A DNA stretch of 64,000 nucleotides. Origin: Squalus acanthias (Eukaryota). Under the pieces are notes generated by a model. That model ran no database searches. It was not told where the DNA came from and saw only the letters and a program-made list of their open reading frames with translations. The DNA lies in assembly GCA_030390025.1 (NCBI GenBank), contig JASTWF010000353.1, positions 372,001 through 436,000 on the forward strand, given 5' to 3'. The translations under genes were made by a program, and so were the position numbers. Each line of letters starts with the position of its first letter. Within the stretch, counting starts at the first letter, position 1. Positions 33,956-46,277 of the stretch are shown piece by piece.

Positions 33956-35148
33956 GTGGAGATGGAGGTAGAGAAACAGAAGGGTAGTTATTTGTTGGAC
34001 ACGGGAGCTTCAGGCACCGTGATTCATACGGATAGCCCTTTTGACTCACCGCTATCTACCAAGGTCCCATACACATTAGCGGGGTTTACGGGAAAAGAGC
34101 AGGCTGGCGCGTTCTCCATTCCGCTATCCATTCATTTAGGAGCACTCCACACCACGTGGAAGTGCATACTGATGAAATGGCAAGAGGGGGGTGGGAGAGG
34201 CATCCTCGGATCAGACCTCCTATCGGGGCACGGGATCCTCGTGGACCTCAGGAATCACTGTCTCTGGGGAGCTAAGGGTGGAAAAGGCGAGGTAGTGGTA
34301 ATCACGGGGGAGGAAGGTAAAGGGGCCCTGTGTACCATGAAGCCATCCGGAGGCTACGACCTCGGGCTTATGGTCGCGGATGTCCCAACGGACATGCAAA
34401 CGTACGTGTCAGATAATATGCACGCGTTTGCAACCCACAAGCACGATTGTGGGAGGGTTACCGGGTTTGAGGTCAGCGTAGATGGGGACCCCATGACACG
34501 GCCCCAAAAGCAGTATAACTTCCCCAAAGAAGCAGAACCCGATATGGAGACAGCAATGTCCTCCTTGGTGCAGCAGGGCGTGTTGAGGCCGATAGCCACA
34601 CACGTGAACTCCCCATTATGGCCGGTTAGGAAGCCGGATAATTCGTGGAGGGCCACGGTGGACTACAGAGTCCTTAACAGTAACATTCCCGCCTGCGCGC
34701 CCACGGTAGCAGCAGTTGCTGACCTAATAGGGAGTATCCCAGCGTCCGCGACCACGTTCACGGTGCTGGATATCTCGAACGGTTTTTGGTCCATCCCGCT
34801 GCGGCGAGAGGACCAGTACAAGTTTGCCTTTACTTTCAAAGGACAACAGTACACATGGAACTGTCTGCCACAGGGTTTCCACAACAGCCCCAGTATTTTC
34901 CATCAGTGTATGGCAGGAAGTTTAAAGGAGTTTAGTCAGCCCAATCAGATAGTGCAGTACGTGGATGATTTGCTCCTATTTACGGACTCAAGGGAGGAGC
35001 ATGGACCACTGCTGGCCGAGTTATTGGAGCTGCTAGCGAGAAAGGGTTTTAAAGTGAACCCTAAGAAAGCACGTATCGGTCAGCAGGAAGTAAAATTCCT
35101 GAGGCTGACCATTCGCGCTGGGGAAAGAGTCATAGATAAGGCTAGGAG
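33956..35148 (+). pseudogene. pol: Provirus D pol, 5' part (PR, RT)
   Basis: LLDTGAS, QYVDD; cut by E at TSD GGAG. Confidence 0.9.
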
Positions 35149-36851
35149 TGTAAGGGTTTTTGAGTGTCTCTCAGCCTGTGAGATTCGTGTGGCTCTGTGC
35201 AGCCCGGGTGCTAGTGCGGGTTTAGGCCTTGTTGCCTGTTCTGGTCTCCAGCCAGTCTGGGAGCACTAGACACACCTGTGAGTGGTTCGACCCACTCGCC
35301 TTTACGGTTCTAGACACTGGACTTAGATGCGAGAGCAGTAATGGAGATAAAACTCAGGTAGACTCGGTTGAATGGTACGAAATGGAAAATCTTTATTGCA
35401 TAGTACTTAAGATTACGAAATACATGTCGTAAGCACAGATTAATGACAGTACAATCTTACACGCAGTTATGTAATTAATTTCAGTGAAACGAGGAACGAA
35501 CGACACATCGTAAATGGGGGCGCACATTACAATTATCCTTAATACTTAAAACCCTCCCCTATCAATATCTGTCCTAGCTAGATTCGTAGGATTCGAGACT
35601 CATGCTCACCACTCGTGATAACTCGGAGAATTCCGAAAACTCTGATCGGATGTTTTTCACCGCAGCACCCACGTGTCGATCAGGGGGTCTCCTGGCCCCA
35701 CTTGTTTACTCGTTCTGCTCCGGCTAGCAGGCTGGAACGTCTGCTGTCATGAAGATCTGTGTTGTCCTCGGAGTTCCGACTATACTCAAAAAAGAGTCTT
35801 CCTGTGCCCTCACACCAGTTCGATAAAACTCGAAGAAGAGTCTTCCTGTGTCAGTTCTGTAGAACTCAAAGAAGTCTTCCTGGCAAGGAAAATGTCTATT
35901 CGACCTACAGGCGCGGTCGGGGCTTACTGACCGTGGCGATAAGTATGGTCTTCTTCTCTTCTCATCTCATCTCATCTCATCTCATCTCATCTCGGGCCTT
36001 CGGTTCCGACACCGTTTACCGACTTATCGGAATGGTGCGCCCGCTTCAAGGCTTCAGAGCCCAGTTCTACACAGGTCTTCGCGACACGACACGAGGTAGA
36101 TCCGAGCGGATCATAAAGTTCAACAGTCTTTTGAAAAGAGACACGAGGCAAGCAGGAACAAGACGGCGAGTCAAGAGCACAGGAGCAGCCACGAGGATAA
36201 GAGTCAACCGAATAAGAGAAAGATGGACGGTTTGGGGCTTGCAATTATAGTGCAAAATCTTCCGTTTCCCGCCCAACCTTAATGTCTTTTCTTTTGTTAG
36301 GGTTTGGCGCTCAAATGTCTTGTATAGGGTGATCTCCGTTTTAATGGGTTTCGGGGCTACTCGTAAATGTCTGAGTACCTGTTAATATTTCTCCCATTGT
36401 TTAATCGGTCGGTGTTCTCCCTGGAGGGGTTTTGGGGCTTCCAAGTGTTTTCTGTAACTACCCGCTAACGGCTCTCTCATCGTAGAGTCGTTGGGATTTT
36501 ACATATTAATGTCTTTGGATGGGTTCTTGATTACTGGGTACAATAGCTTTCATTCGTACCTGGGAGACCAATTTCAGTATTTATGTGTATACTGTAAACC
36601 CATGATGTCTCGTGTATTATCTTCAATGTGCTGAGTCTTAATCGATCATGCACAAATGTTTATTGGAACGCCATCTTGTCTGCCTGTCGAAAAGTCTAGA
36701 ATGTTCCGCCACGAGGTGCGGCGGCCATTTTACAAGCTGCTTGTGTCCACTTTGAAAACCTGACAGCATTCTGCTGAAATAAAAGCTGTTTGAACGAAAC
36801 TCTGTGTTTTTCTCCTTATTTATAAAATCGCGATATATTGCGAATTCTACA
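35149..36851 (-). repeat. Provirus E 3' LTR
   Basis: TG...CA, PPT adjacent. Confidence 0.95.
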
Positions 36852-37291
36852 GTCCCTCCTGTTGATGCGAATAACTCCGCTTATCGTATCAAAAATATTG
36901 TGGTGAGCAATATTATCTCGATTTTCTCCGAATCCAGAAAATTTAATCCCATAACAAACTATCTAGGGTCTTTGCGTCGTCCTTATTTCCCTTTACACTT
37001 TATATCACTGTAGACATTGTTTGCCTTTAAACTTACACCACTTGTTTTCCTTCCCGGCGTAACCAGGCCGACGCCTCGCGTATCACCTGTACATTCATCT
37101 TTTATTCAGGGAAAGGAAAAACAAAACCCAAAACCACACAATTATTTTTAACTGCAACACCATCACCAAAATAATCAACACCAACTCTTAAAACATGTCG
37201 AGTTCCAAACGTATTTACAGTCTTTGAAAATCATAATCGAGTACAAACTTCCGCGGCGCACGTGGCGAGCGGGAGCGACGCCATTTTCCGA

Positions 37292-39643
37292 TTACACGGT
37301 GCTTTCATCGTGCACGCGCACGTAACGTTCTCGCCACTCTCCCGTGTTTTCGTGTTTGGTGAGGCGTTTTCCTCTCTTACAATGTATGACCAATAGGTAC
37401 ACTACAATAAAAACCTGGCATACAACTAAAATGTGGGAGGCTATTCTGATCCATGAAGGCACTTCAATATTGGTGAACAGATTCCACCACGGTGGAATTA
37501 CTATATCCAGAATGTCTGTTCCTATTTCGACAGTTTTCTGTTCTAATGTGTAAAAATGTTTCTGTGAGACCGCGACGGCTTTTAAAAGCTTGGTGAGGTG
37601 TTCAGGGAGAGGGGGAATGAGGTATCCGAAATGCGCGACGAATCGCTGCAAGTCGGTGAAATTCTCTTTTACTGTTAGATGAACAGTGGATGGTTCAGGG
37701 ATTGGGACAATTCGCTGTTGTGCTACTTGAACTTCCGCCCTGGGTTTGAAACAGAAACTGCTGTCACTCACCGGACACCGACTACGGTTTCCATGCTGGA
37801 AGTGTTGAACTGCAGTGGTAACACAATATGTTCCACCCCCGATGTATGCTACCTGCGGAGGCACATGATCTTGTGCCATTGCCTCCATGGTGCAATTCAT
37901 GGACTTGGCGCCAGCCGTTCTGAACCCGCACTGTGGTGTTAAAAAGGCATTCAAGTGCTGGGGACACAGTATTATGTGTGCTCCCCTGCCACGACAACCA
38001 GAGAGATCTGTACCTGTCATCGTTTGCTCCCAGCGGATGACGTAGGGTGGAACCGCTGCATAGCGAATGTGGGCTCCCCCCTGAATGACACCAATGTTCT
38101 CTACCCGATACACCGGGGCGGGCTTTGCTGTGTCGCCCAAAACCGGCATACGTAATGCTATACCCATGATGGTATGGTTTGATCGTCCGCAGTCCATGGG
38201 GACTGGGTAAGCTTCTGAAGCTAGCCTGAGCTGGCACGGACTTAATGCGTTCTGAAAAGGGTGGAGCGCCCGCAGGTGTTTGTTACTTATCCAGGACGGG
38301 ACCAAACCTTGTTTTAAATCCTCCAAATTACTGCGGCCCTCGCCCAGTAACCACGCCCCGTAAAGCACGCACACCTCATTCTGCGCAGCTTGATCGGATG
38401 CATTCCGATCTTCCCTAATCAGGGCATTTACCGTCTTTGCATGTTTCTCTAACTCTGCTATAATTTCCTTTAAATGGAGAGTCATGGCTTGGTCCTCGTG
38501 TAAACCCGACCCTACCACTTTATTCTCATCTGTTAGAATGTCTTTTAATTGCGTCTTTAAACCATTAATCTGGGTCTGCAGCTCCACACTGTCTAGAGCG
38601 TTGACCACAGATGTACCCGTGTTAAAAGCAGTGAACGCGTCGTTCACTACACCCCTTCTTTGCCTCCCTACTTGATCCAAAACTTCATGTGGTGCGGGCC
38701 ACAAACTTGTTTTATCAATTTCCGCGAAATCGAATTCGTAAAATTGTCTGAACATCTTGGTCAACAGGACCTGATATAACTGTTCCGTCTTTTTGGGGCA
38801 CCACTCTGGTAACCGCACCTCGGTGAGATTTAAAATCACCGAGGCCACCGCGTAATGTACCCCCTGGAATAGTATCTGGTCTGTGGGGACCAGTACCAAA
38901 CCATTCCCGGGTCCCTTACTAGTTTTAGGACACCCTTCCTCTTCAGCTAGAACCACCGGAATCGTGGGCGGGGCTTTGCGTGGGCGCGTAATGAGTTCAG
39001 TGGCATTTACCGGGATCGAAGAGTATGGGGCTCCGCACCCCCTGGTGCTCGCATCCCACCTCATCCCCTGTCCGTTATCCTGCCATTGATTAATGAAAAA
39101 TATGGAGATGCCTTTGGGGCAAGCGTACTTTGACCCCCACATGCATACATAAATTCCCTCATCCGGTTCCCACCATTTGTCCCAACAGACTCTCACTTGT
39201 CCGTTTGTCCCCGTAATTGTCCGATGGGTATTATTACCCAGTCGTTCCCACTCGACCGAAGAGTTCCTCATGTTTTTGCTCAGCTTTCGCAGCCACCACC
39301 ATCGGCTCAATGGGACATTCCCACTACGAGTCAAACAAATCCGTTTGCCGACGGTGACGCTGATCCTGGGTGCGATGATCCTTACTTTGGGGCACATTAA
39401 AGAAGTCTCTTGGTAGGCAAACCCCGATGTGCTAGAATACTCCGTCGAGTTCGTTCCCAGCCATCCTGGCCACCTTCCCTTGTGGAAAAAGGTGCTGGTC
39501 TCCTCAGCCTCCCGTCTTCCGGTCCCATCCACCGCGATGGGGGCCGTGTCCCCGGAGCATCCAAACACCACGACATCCTTGGTGCGGCCTCGATAGGCCA
39601 ATCCACATCCGATTGCCGCGAGCAATACTAGAATTCGTTCCAT
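37292..39643 (-). CDS. env: Provirus E intact Env (783 aa from MERIL)
   Basis: Uninterrupted ORF; same motifs as C env. Confidence 0.92.
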   Translation of the reverse strand: MERILVLLAAIGCGLAYRGRTKDVVVFGCSGDTAPIAVDGTGRREAEETSTFFHKGRWPGWLGTNSTEYSSTSGFAYQETSLMCPKVRIIAPRISVTVGKRICLTRSGNVPLSRWWWLRKLSKNMRNSSVEWERLGNNTHRTITGTNGQVRVCWDKWWEPDEGIYVCMWGSKYACPKGISIFFINQWQDNGQGMRWDASTRGCGAPYSSIPVNATELITRPRKAPPTIPVVLAEEEGCPKTSKGPGNGLVLVPTDQILFQGVHYAVASVILNLTEVRLPEWCPKKTEQLYQVLLTKMFRQFYEFDFAEIDKTSLWPAPHEVLDQVGRQRRGVVNDAFTAFNTGTSVVNALDSVELQTQINGLKTQLKDILTDENKVVGSGLHEDQAMTLHLKEIIAELEKHAKTVNALIREDRNASDQAAQNEVCVLYGAWLLGEGRSNLEDLKQGLVPSWISNKHLRALHPFQNALSPCQLRLASEAYPVPMDCGRSNHTIMGIALRMPVLGDTAKPAPVYRVENIGVIQGGAHIRYAAVPPYVIRWEQTMTGTDLSGCRGRGAHIILCPQHLNAFLTPQCGFRTAGAKSMNCTMEAMAQDHVPPQVAYIGGGTYCVTTAVQHFQHGNRSRCPVSDSSFCFKPRAEVQVAQQRIVPIPEPSTVHLTVKENFTDLQRFVAHFGYLIPPLPEHLTKLLKAVAVSQKHFYTLEQKTVEIGTDILDIVIPPWWNLFTNIEVPSWIRIASHILVVCQVFIVVYLLVIHCKRGKRLTKHENTGEWRERYVRVHDESTV

Positions 39644-39945
39644 CCTTCCTTGGTTCCTGTGATCAGATAGAATGAGGTAGCCAGCCTCGCAAGAGTCTCT
39701 GGCTTTTGTGAAGGGTGAGCGGGTCCCCTGACCTCGCCTCACGTAAACTTCAATGTTCACTGAATAAACTTTAACTAGACCTATCTCTAAAGCTCCCATC
39801 ATTTTATCATTTTCTGTCAAAATTAAACTACAAACTTAACCTTATTTAAAACTATAAACTTATTCTTAACCTTAAACTATAAACTTGGAAACCTATCCTA
39901 AACTTATTACTGTACAGCGCCGCCCGTTCTCAGGGCGGCCCCCTT

Positions 39946-42900
39946 TTAAATTCTGAGAAGGCTGCTGCGAGCTCTTCCCGACGGTGGGAGGGCACTGACC
40001 CCTTCCTTTGATCTGCCGCAGCCTGTTGCTGCACTGACCCCTTCCTCTGATCTGCCGCAGCCTGTTGCTGCTGCGATGGGACCGGGTTCTATCTGGGCTG
40101 CCTTAACCTTGAGTCTACGCCTTGGGACAGTCTGGGGCCATACCCACATCTTCCTGGGCTGGGGTTCTCTACTTGACCTACGAGGAGTTGTCGGGGGCAG
40201 GAATCCCAGGACCGACGGACCGGGGTTCGAGACTTTCGCCGGGACGATCTGTGGTCCCACCACAGTCGCTGGCTCCGCCTCCCCTGACTCCGCCTCCCTG
40301 ACCTCGGGACTTGCAGCTTGTGGCACTGCCCTGCTCGGCCCAGCAGGCGGCCCTTCACTCGCAATCCCTACCTCCCCCGAGGGCAGGACGTTCAAGGTGG
40401 GCGGCTCGGGCTCTGAGGTTTTCACCGTCACGCCCTGTGGTCTCACAGCGACTGGCTCCGCCTCCCCTAGCTCCTCCCTCCTGTGTTCGGGACCTGCAGC
40501 CTCGGTGTCCACCCTGTGTGGATCTCTATCTGCAGCCCCTGTCCTCCCTATACCTGAATCGGGGGCGACCCTTGCGTTCCCCGATCCCCACTCATCCTCA
40601 TCACTATCCTCATCTGACTCGAGTTCCAGGAACTCTCCCTCATCTGACTCCCAACCCCACAAAAATGTTTCACAATTTTCCAGGATGTCTCCTCCCCTGA
40701 TGCAAGCTGTTTTGCCTGCCTGTGTGCCTTGTGGTCCTACCTGGGGCTGCGCGTCCCCACTCGCAGGGTTTACCCCTGTGGTTTTCCCTTGCGCACCTGG
40801 CTTGTACAGTTTGCACTGGTTTACATGGAACCACTTAGTGCGCCGAGGTACCTTTACGGCGTATACCATGGGACTCGCCTTATCTACAATATTGTAGGGT
40901 CCCATATACAGTGGTTCCAGACTCCCTACTCTGGCGTAGTTTCTGACCATGACCTGGTCTCCTACTTCCCACTCCCGCGTTTTGCGGGGTTCCAGCAACA
41001 GGCGATTGCCCTGATGCTGCCTTCCCATGTTCCCAGCCGCCTGCTCATAAACCTGCTTCAGGCGCTCCAAGAGGGTCTGGGCAAACTTGTCCCTGCTTAT
41101 CTCTTGGAGCTGACCCTCAGTGAGCACCGGCGCTAGCACATGGGTGGGGGTTCGCATGAGCCTCCCAGTCATCACCTCGTGCGGGGAGTACCCCGTACTT
41201 TTTGACTGACTGGCCCGGACCCCCATGAGGACTAAAGGCAGAACCTCCGCCCATTTTTGGGGCGAGTTCCTAGTCTCTTTCCTCAATTTCTCCTTCAGGG
41301 TCCGGTTCATGCGTTCAACAATCCCGGATGACTGGGGATTGTGTGCTACGTGCCACTTCCCTTCAATGCCCAAAAGCATGAGGGTGTTCTGCATCACCTG
41401 TCCGGTGAAATGACTCCCTTGGTCTGACTCCACAAAACGGGGAAGTCCCCACCGCGAGAACACTTCCCAAGATTTTCGCAGTACCCAGTGCCGTAGCTGT
41501 TCGACAGGGGAAGGCTTCCACCCACTTGGAAAACACATCCACCAAGACGAGGCAGTATTTATAACCTCCCTGGGTGGTGGGCAGGGGTCCTATATAGTCG
41601 ATCTGTATCGACTGCCATGGTCCCTCTACCCTTCTTACGTGCCCCATGGGCACTTTCCTTTTCTGGGGGTCTGGGTTGTTTGCAGCACACACGAGACAGT
41701 TTGCACAGAACTCGCGGACCTGTTCCCTGAGCCCTGGCCACCATCCCGCTTGCTCTACCCGTTGCCAGGTAACCTCGGGCCCGGGGTGCCCTGCCCCAGG
41801 TCCCTCGTGAGCCAACTGGAGGAATTCCCTCCTGTGCTGCTGCGGCACAACCCACTGCTCCTCGCGGAACAGCATGCCTTCCTTAACTGAGAGGGTTGCC
41901 GTACTGTACGGACCCTCTACTTGCTTCCCCTCAGCAATGGTTTTTAGGACTGCTTTTAGGGCGGGATCCTGGGTTTGGACGGTCTTAAGGTCTAGGGGCA
42001 ATGCTACCCTGGGGTTCCCGGGATTCCCGTCCCTGCCTTGGATCGCTGCCATTGGTCTGGTCCCATAGGGGTCCCAGAAGATGCCGTTGCGGGCACCTTC
42101 CCTGGCTAGCGCATCCGCCTGCTGGTTGCCCTCCCCACGGGGCTCTGTGGAGGAGTGAGCTTTCACCTTATGGATGAAAATCTCCCCTTCCTCCCCTACT
42201 GCTGCTAGGATCTTTTCCAGCAAGGGCTTCACCGTTAAAGGTCGCCCGTCCGCGGAGGTGTATCCACGGCGGGACCAAATGGCCCGGTATTCCGTACACG
42301 AATTACATGTGAACATACTGTCCGAGCAAATCGTGTATGGGGTTGGGAAAATGTCTGGGTGGGTAACAACATACACCACTGCAGACAGCTCAGCCTGCTG
42401 CGCGCTCATGGTGCTAGGGAGCTTGATCGCCAGGGCAAGGTTTGCCGCAGGGTCATAAACTCCACACCCTGTGAGTCGTTCGCCAGCAGATACTGTGCTA
42501 GAACCATCAACATAAATCTCGCGCCCAGTGGGATGTATCCCGGCCCGCAAACCTATGTTGACGTCCCACACCCCTTCCACCGAACATCGGTGGGCTGTAC
42601 CGGGGTATACCAAATTGGCCGCAAGCCTGGGCTCGCAAAGACCTTTAACTCTAAGATCCATCTGGGAAAGAAGAAGGGTCCAGCGCGCAATACGCACGCT
42701 GCTTACGGTCCCATCTTTAATCCTCCCATCTAGAAGCATCTTAGTTGGTGTGTGATGGGTGAGGAGAGTGATGGGAGAGAGCCCTGTGAAGATCGCTGAT
42801 CTTTTCACAGCCCAATGCGTGGCTAAAAGGTGCCTTTCGCAATTGGAGAAACTTCTCTCCACATCCGTTAACACCCTGGACGAATAGACAACCGGCCTCA

Positions 42901-44407
42901 GCTTGCCGTGGCGCTCTTGGAGCAGCACAGCGCTCAAGCTGTCCCCGCTGGCAGCTACCTCCAGGAAAAACTCCTTCCCCCCATCTATGGCCCCTAAGGC
43001 TGGCGCGGTCTGCAGATCCCTTTTTAACTTCTCGAAGGCTGCTTGGCAGCCCTCGTCCCAAGACCACTCCACTCCCTTATGGAGGAGTCGGAGGAGCGGC
43101 GCCGCTGTGGCCGCATAGTCTTCGATAAAATCCCTGCAGTAACCGGTCAGTCTCAAGAAGGACCTCACACCCCTTATGTTGTTAGGAATTGGTAAATCTT
43201 GCACCGACTCCCTCCTAGCCTTATCTATGGCTCTTTCCCCAGCGCGAATGGTCAGCCCCAGGAATTTTACTTCCTGCTGACCGATACGTGCTTTCTTAGG
43301 GTTTACTTTAAAACCCTTTCTCGCTAGCAGCTCCAATAACTCGGCCAGCAGTGGTCCATGCTCCTCCCTCGAATCCGTAAATAGGAGCAAATCATCCACG
43401 TACTGCACTATCTGATTGGGCTGACTAAACTCCTTTAAACTTCCTGCCATACACTGATGGAAAATACTGGGGCTATTGTGGAAACCCTGTGGCAGACAGT
43501 TCCATGTGTACTGTTGTCCTTTGAAAGTAAAGGCAAACTTGTACTGGTCCTCTCGCCGCAGCGGGATGGACCAAAAACCGTTCGAGATATCCAGCACCGT
43601 GAACGTGGTCGCGGACGCTGGGATACTCCCTATTAGGTCAGCAACTGCTGCTACCGTGGGCGCGCAGGCGGGAATGTTACTGTTAAGGACTCTGTAGTCC
43701 ACCGTGGCCCTCCACGAATTATCCGGCTTCCTAACCGGCCATAATGGGGAGTTCACGTGTGTGGCTATCGGCCTCAACACGCCCTGCTGCACCAAGGAGG
43801 ACATTGCTGTCTCCATATCGGGTTCTGCTTCTTTGGGGAAGTTATACTGTTTTTGGGGCCGGGTCATGGGGTCCCCATCTACGCTGACCTCAAACCCGGT
43901 AACCCTCCCACAATCGTGCTTGTGGGTTGCAAACGCGTGCATATTATCTGACACGTACGTTTGCATGTCCGTTGGGACATCTGCGACCATGAGCCCGAGG
44001 TCGTAGCCTCCGGATGGCTGCATGGTACACAGGACCCCTGTTTCTTCCTCCCCCAGAATTACCACTACCTCGCCTTTTTCACTCTTAGCCCCCCAGAGAC
44101 AATGATTTCTGAGGTCCACGAGGATCCCGTGTCCTGATAGGAGATCAGACCCGAGGATACCTCTTCCACCCCCCTCCTGCCATTCCATCAATATGCACTT
44201 CCACTTGATGTGAAGTGCCCCCAAACTAATGGATAGCGGAAAGGAGAACGCGCCAGCCTGTTCTTTTCCCGTGAACCCCGCTAATGTGAATGGGACCTTG
44301 GTAGATAGCGGTGAGTCAAAAGGGCTATCTGTATGAATCACGGTGCAAGAAGCTCCCGTGTCCAACAAATAACTACCCTTCTGTTTCTCTACCTCCATCT
44401 CCACCAA
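39946..44407 (-). pseudogene. pol: Provirus E pol, 5-bp deletion frameshift in integrase near 41468
   Basis: ORFs 41363-44407 and 39946-41538; TTCCCAAG here versus TTCCCGGACCAAG in other copies. Confidence 0.92.
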
Positions 44408-44467
44408 GGGTCGCTTCCACGCATCATAGCTGAGCGGACACAGGTAGACGGGCTGCGCGGGCTCTAG

Positions 44468-46273
44468 TCATTGGGTATGGTTAGACGGTCCTGCGGCACC
44501 TACGGGGCCGGTAGCAACCGTCACCTTTCCATGTGCACTCATGAAGTTGCGCATGGCTCCCAACACTGATTCGAGGTCGTCGGGAGGGGTGGGTGCACTA
44601 GCTTCCCTAGCAGAGACAGGCATCTGGGCTCGGGCTGCGGGATTTTTATCCCTGGAATCCTTCCAAGGGTTCCTGCAGTTCTTGCGCCAGTGCCCTGTCC
44701 TCCCACACCCGTAACAAGCATTACTTGCCTGCGGGGCGCGGTTACCCTCCTGATGCCACTCCCTTTGAGCCGGGGCTGCGGGTCGTACCTCATGTACTTT
44801 TCCCTTAAGGGGACGTGTTCCCATACCCCTTATGTTGCGATATCCTATCGTGAGTCGATTCAAGACCGACTCTTCCGTAATGTTGGGGTCATTGGGATCA
44901 AACCACGCTTTTGCCTGCTCTCTGACGGCTGGCAAACTGTTGGCTACTATACACCTGAGCCAATGATTTAAACCGACGCCGTCCACAGCGTCGCGCTCTG
45001 GCGCACCTGGACAGCTGCGCTGATATACTGACCACAGCCTGTCGGCAAAAACCTTCGGGGGTTCTCCCTCCATCTGCACTGTCTGTCCCACTCTAGCAAA
45101 CGGACCTTCATCGTCCGCCCCCAACACTTCTAGGACCTCATTTTTCAATGCCTCATAAGTCTTGGTTCCCCTCTTGCTCTCGTCCGAGAGACACTGAAGG
45201 ATTGAACTGCCTAACGAAAATAACAGCATTTTTGCTGTTTCCCCATCATCGCAGCCGTTGATGGCTGCGGTTTGCTCAACTTCTCTGAAATGTACGGAAG
45301 GGTCGTCTGACTCGGTCAGCTTCCGTACGTGATTTATCATAACTCTCAGCTGGTGTGAGCTGTGAGGCAACACAAGCTGGTTGAGGAGAACCCCTTCTTC
45401 CTCCCCGTTTCTGTTTGGGCCCCTTTTTATACCCGTAACCGGACACAACGGTCCCTTTTCCACTTCTCCCTCAGTGGGCTCTTTCGTTTCTTCTACTACT
45501 TCCTCCCTTACCCAGGTTTCCGAATAGCTGGGTGGCGCGGAGGGCGCAGTGGCTAATACTTCCTTTGCTTTACTTGGTGGGGATTTCTGAAACTCCTCAT
45601 TTACTAGCGGCTGGTGCGCTGACGGACTGATAAGGCACACCATGCCGTGCGCTTTGTTCACGGCCCTTTTGAGGTGCTCTATCTCCTGTTGGCAGGCGCT
45701 ATGATCGGCCCCCTGAAATTTATCCTCAAGGGCCAACTTATATGCCGCCCTAACCCCCGTTAAGCTCTCTTCCTGGGTTCTTATCTGGGCAGCTTGGCGG
45801 GCACATCGTTCCTTTAGTCTGCCCTCACTTAACTTTGCCTCAGTGACCTGGCACTCGAGGTAATCTATCCTTGTTTTATGGTGACTGGTGATTTCCTGGC
45901 GTTCTTGGTGCAGCGCACTTAAATTCCTAATGAGCAATTCCCCTCCAGAGACCTTCTCATCCATTTCCTCCTCTAAATGCCTGATCCGAGCTGTTTGCGC
46001 TGTAATGACCTAGTTTGAAATCTGGACTTGCCTTTTGTAACACATTAACCAGACTGCTTTCTCGACTGTCTTTTTATGTTCCTTACTATCTGTCCACCTC
46101 TCGGCTGCCTCTAGTGGACTCTTATCCGCTAACAAGTCACTTATCCATTTCTTAGTTAAATTTACCTTTCCGAACACATAATCTGCTATCTTTTCCTGCA
46201 TAACATTTCGTACATTCACACCAAAGTCTAACACACTACCCTCTCGCTGCCAGTGTCCTGCCGCGGTCGCCAT
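44468..46273 (-). pseudogene. gag: Provirus E gag, in-frame TAG at 46010-46012
   Basis: ORFs 46010-46273 and 44468-45964 are in the same frame. Confidence 0.9.
46255..46272 (-). promoter_or_regulatory. PBS of E, tRNA-Arg(TCG)
   Basis: TGGCGACCGCGGCAGGAC. Confidence 0.85.
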
Positions 46274-46277
46274 TTTC

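Noticed and set aside
35673..36276. ORFs within LTRs (also 3452-3709, 28093-28775, 46802-47405, 54801-55230) as accessory genes
   Set aside because: Short, run through the (TCTCA)n microsatellite, frames not conserved between LTR subtypes, no recognisable domain
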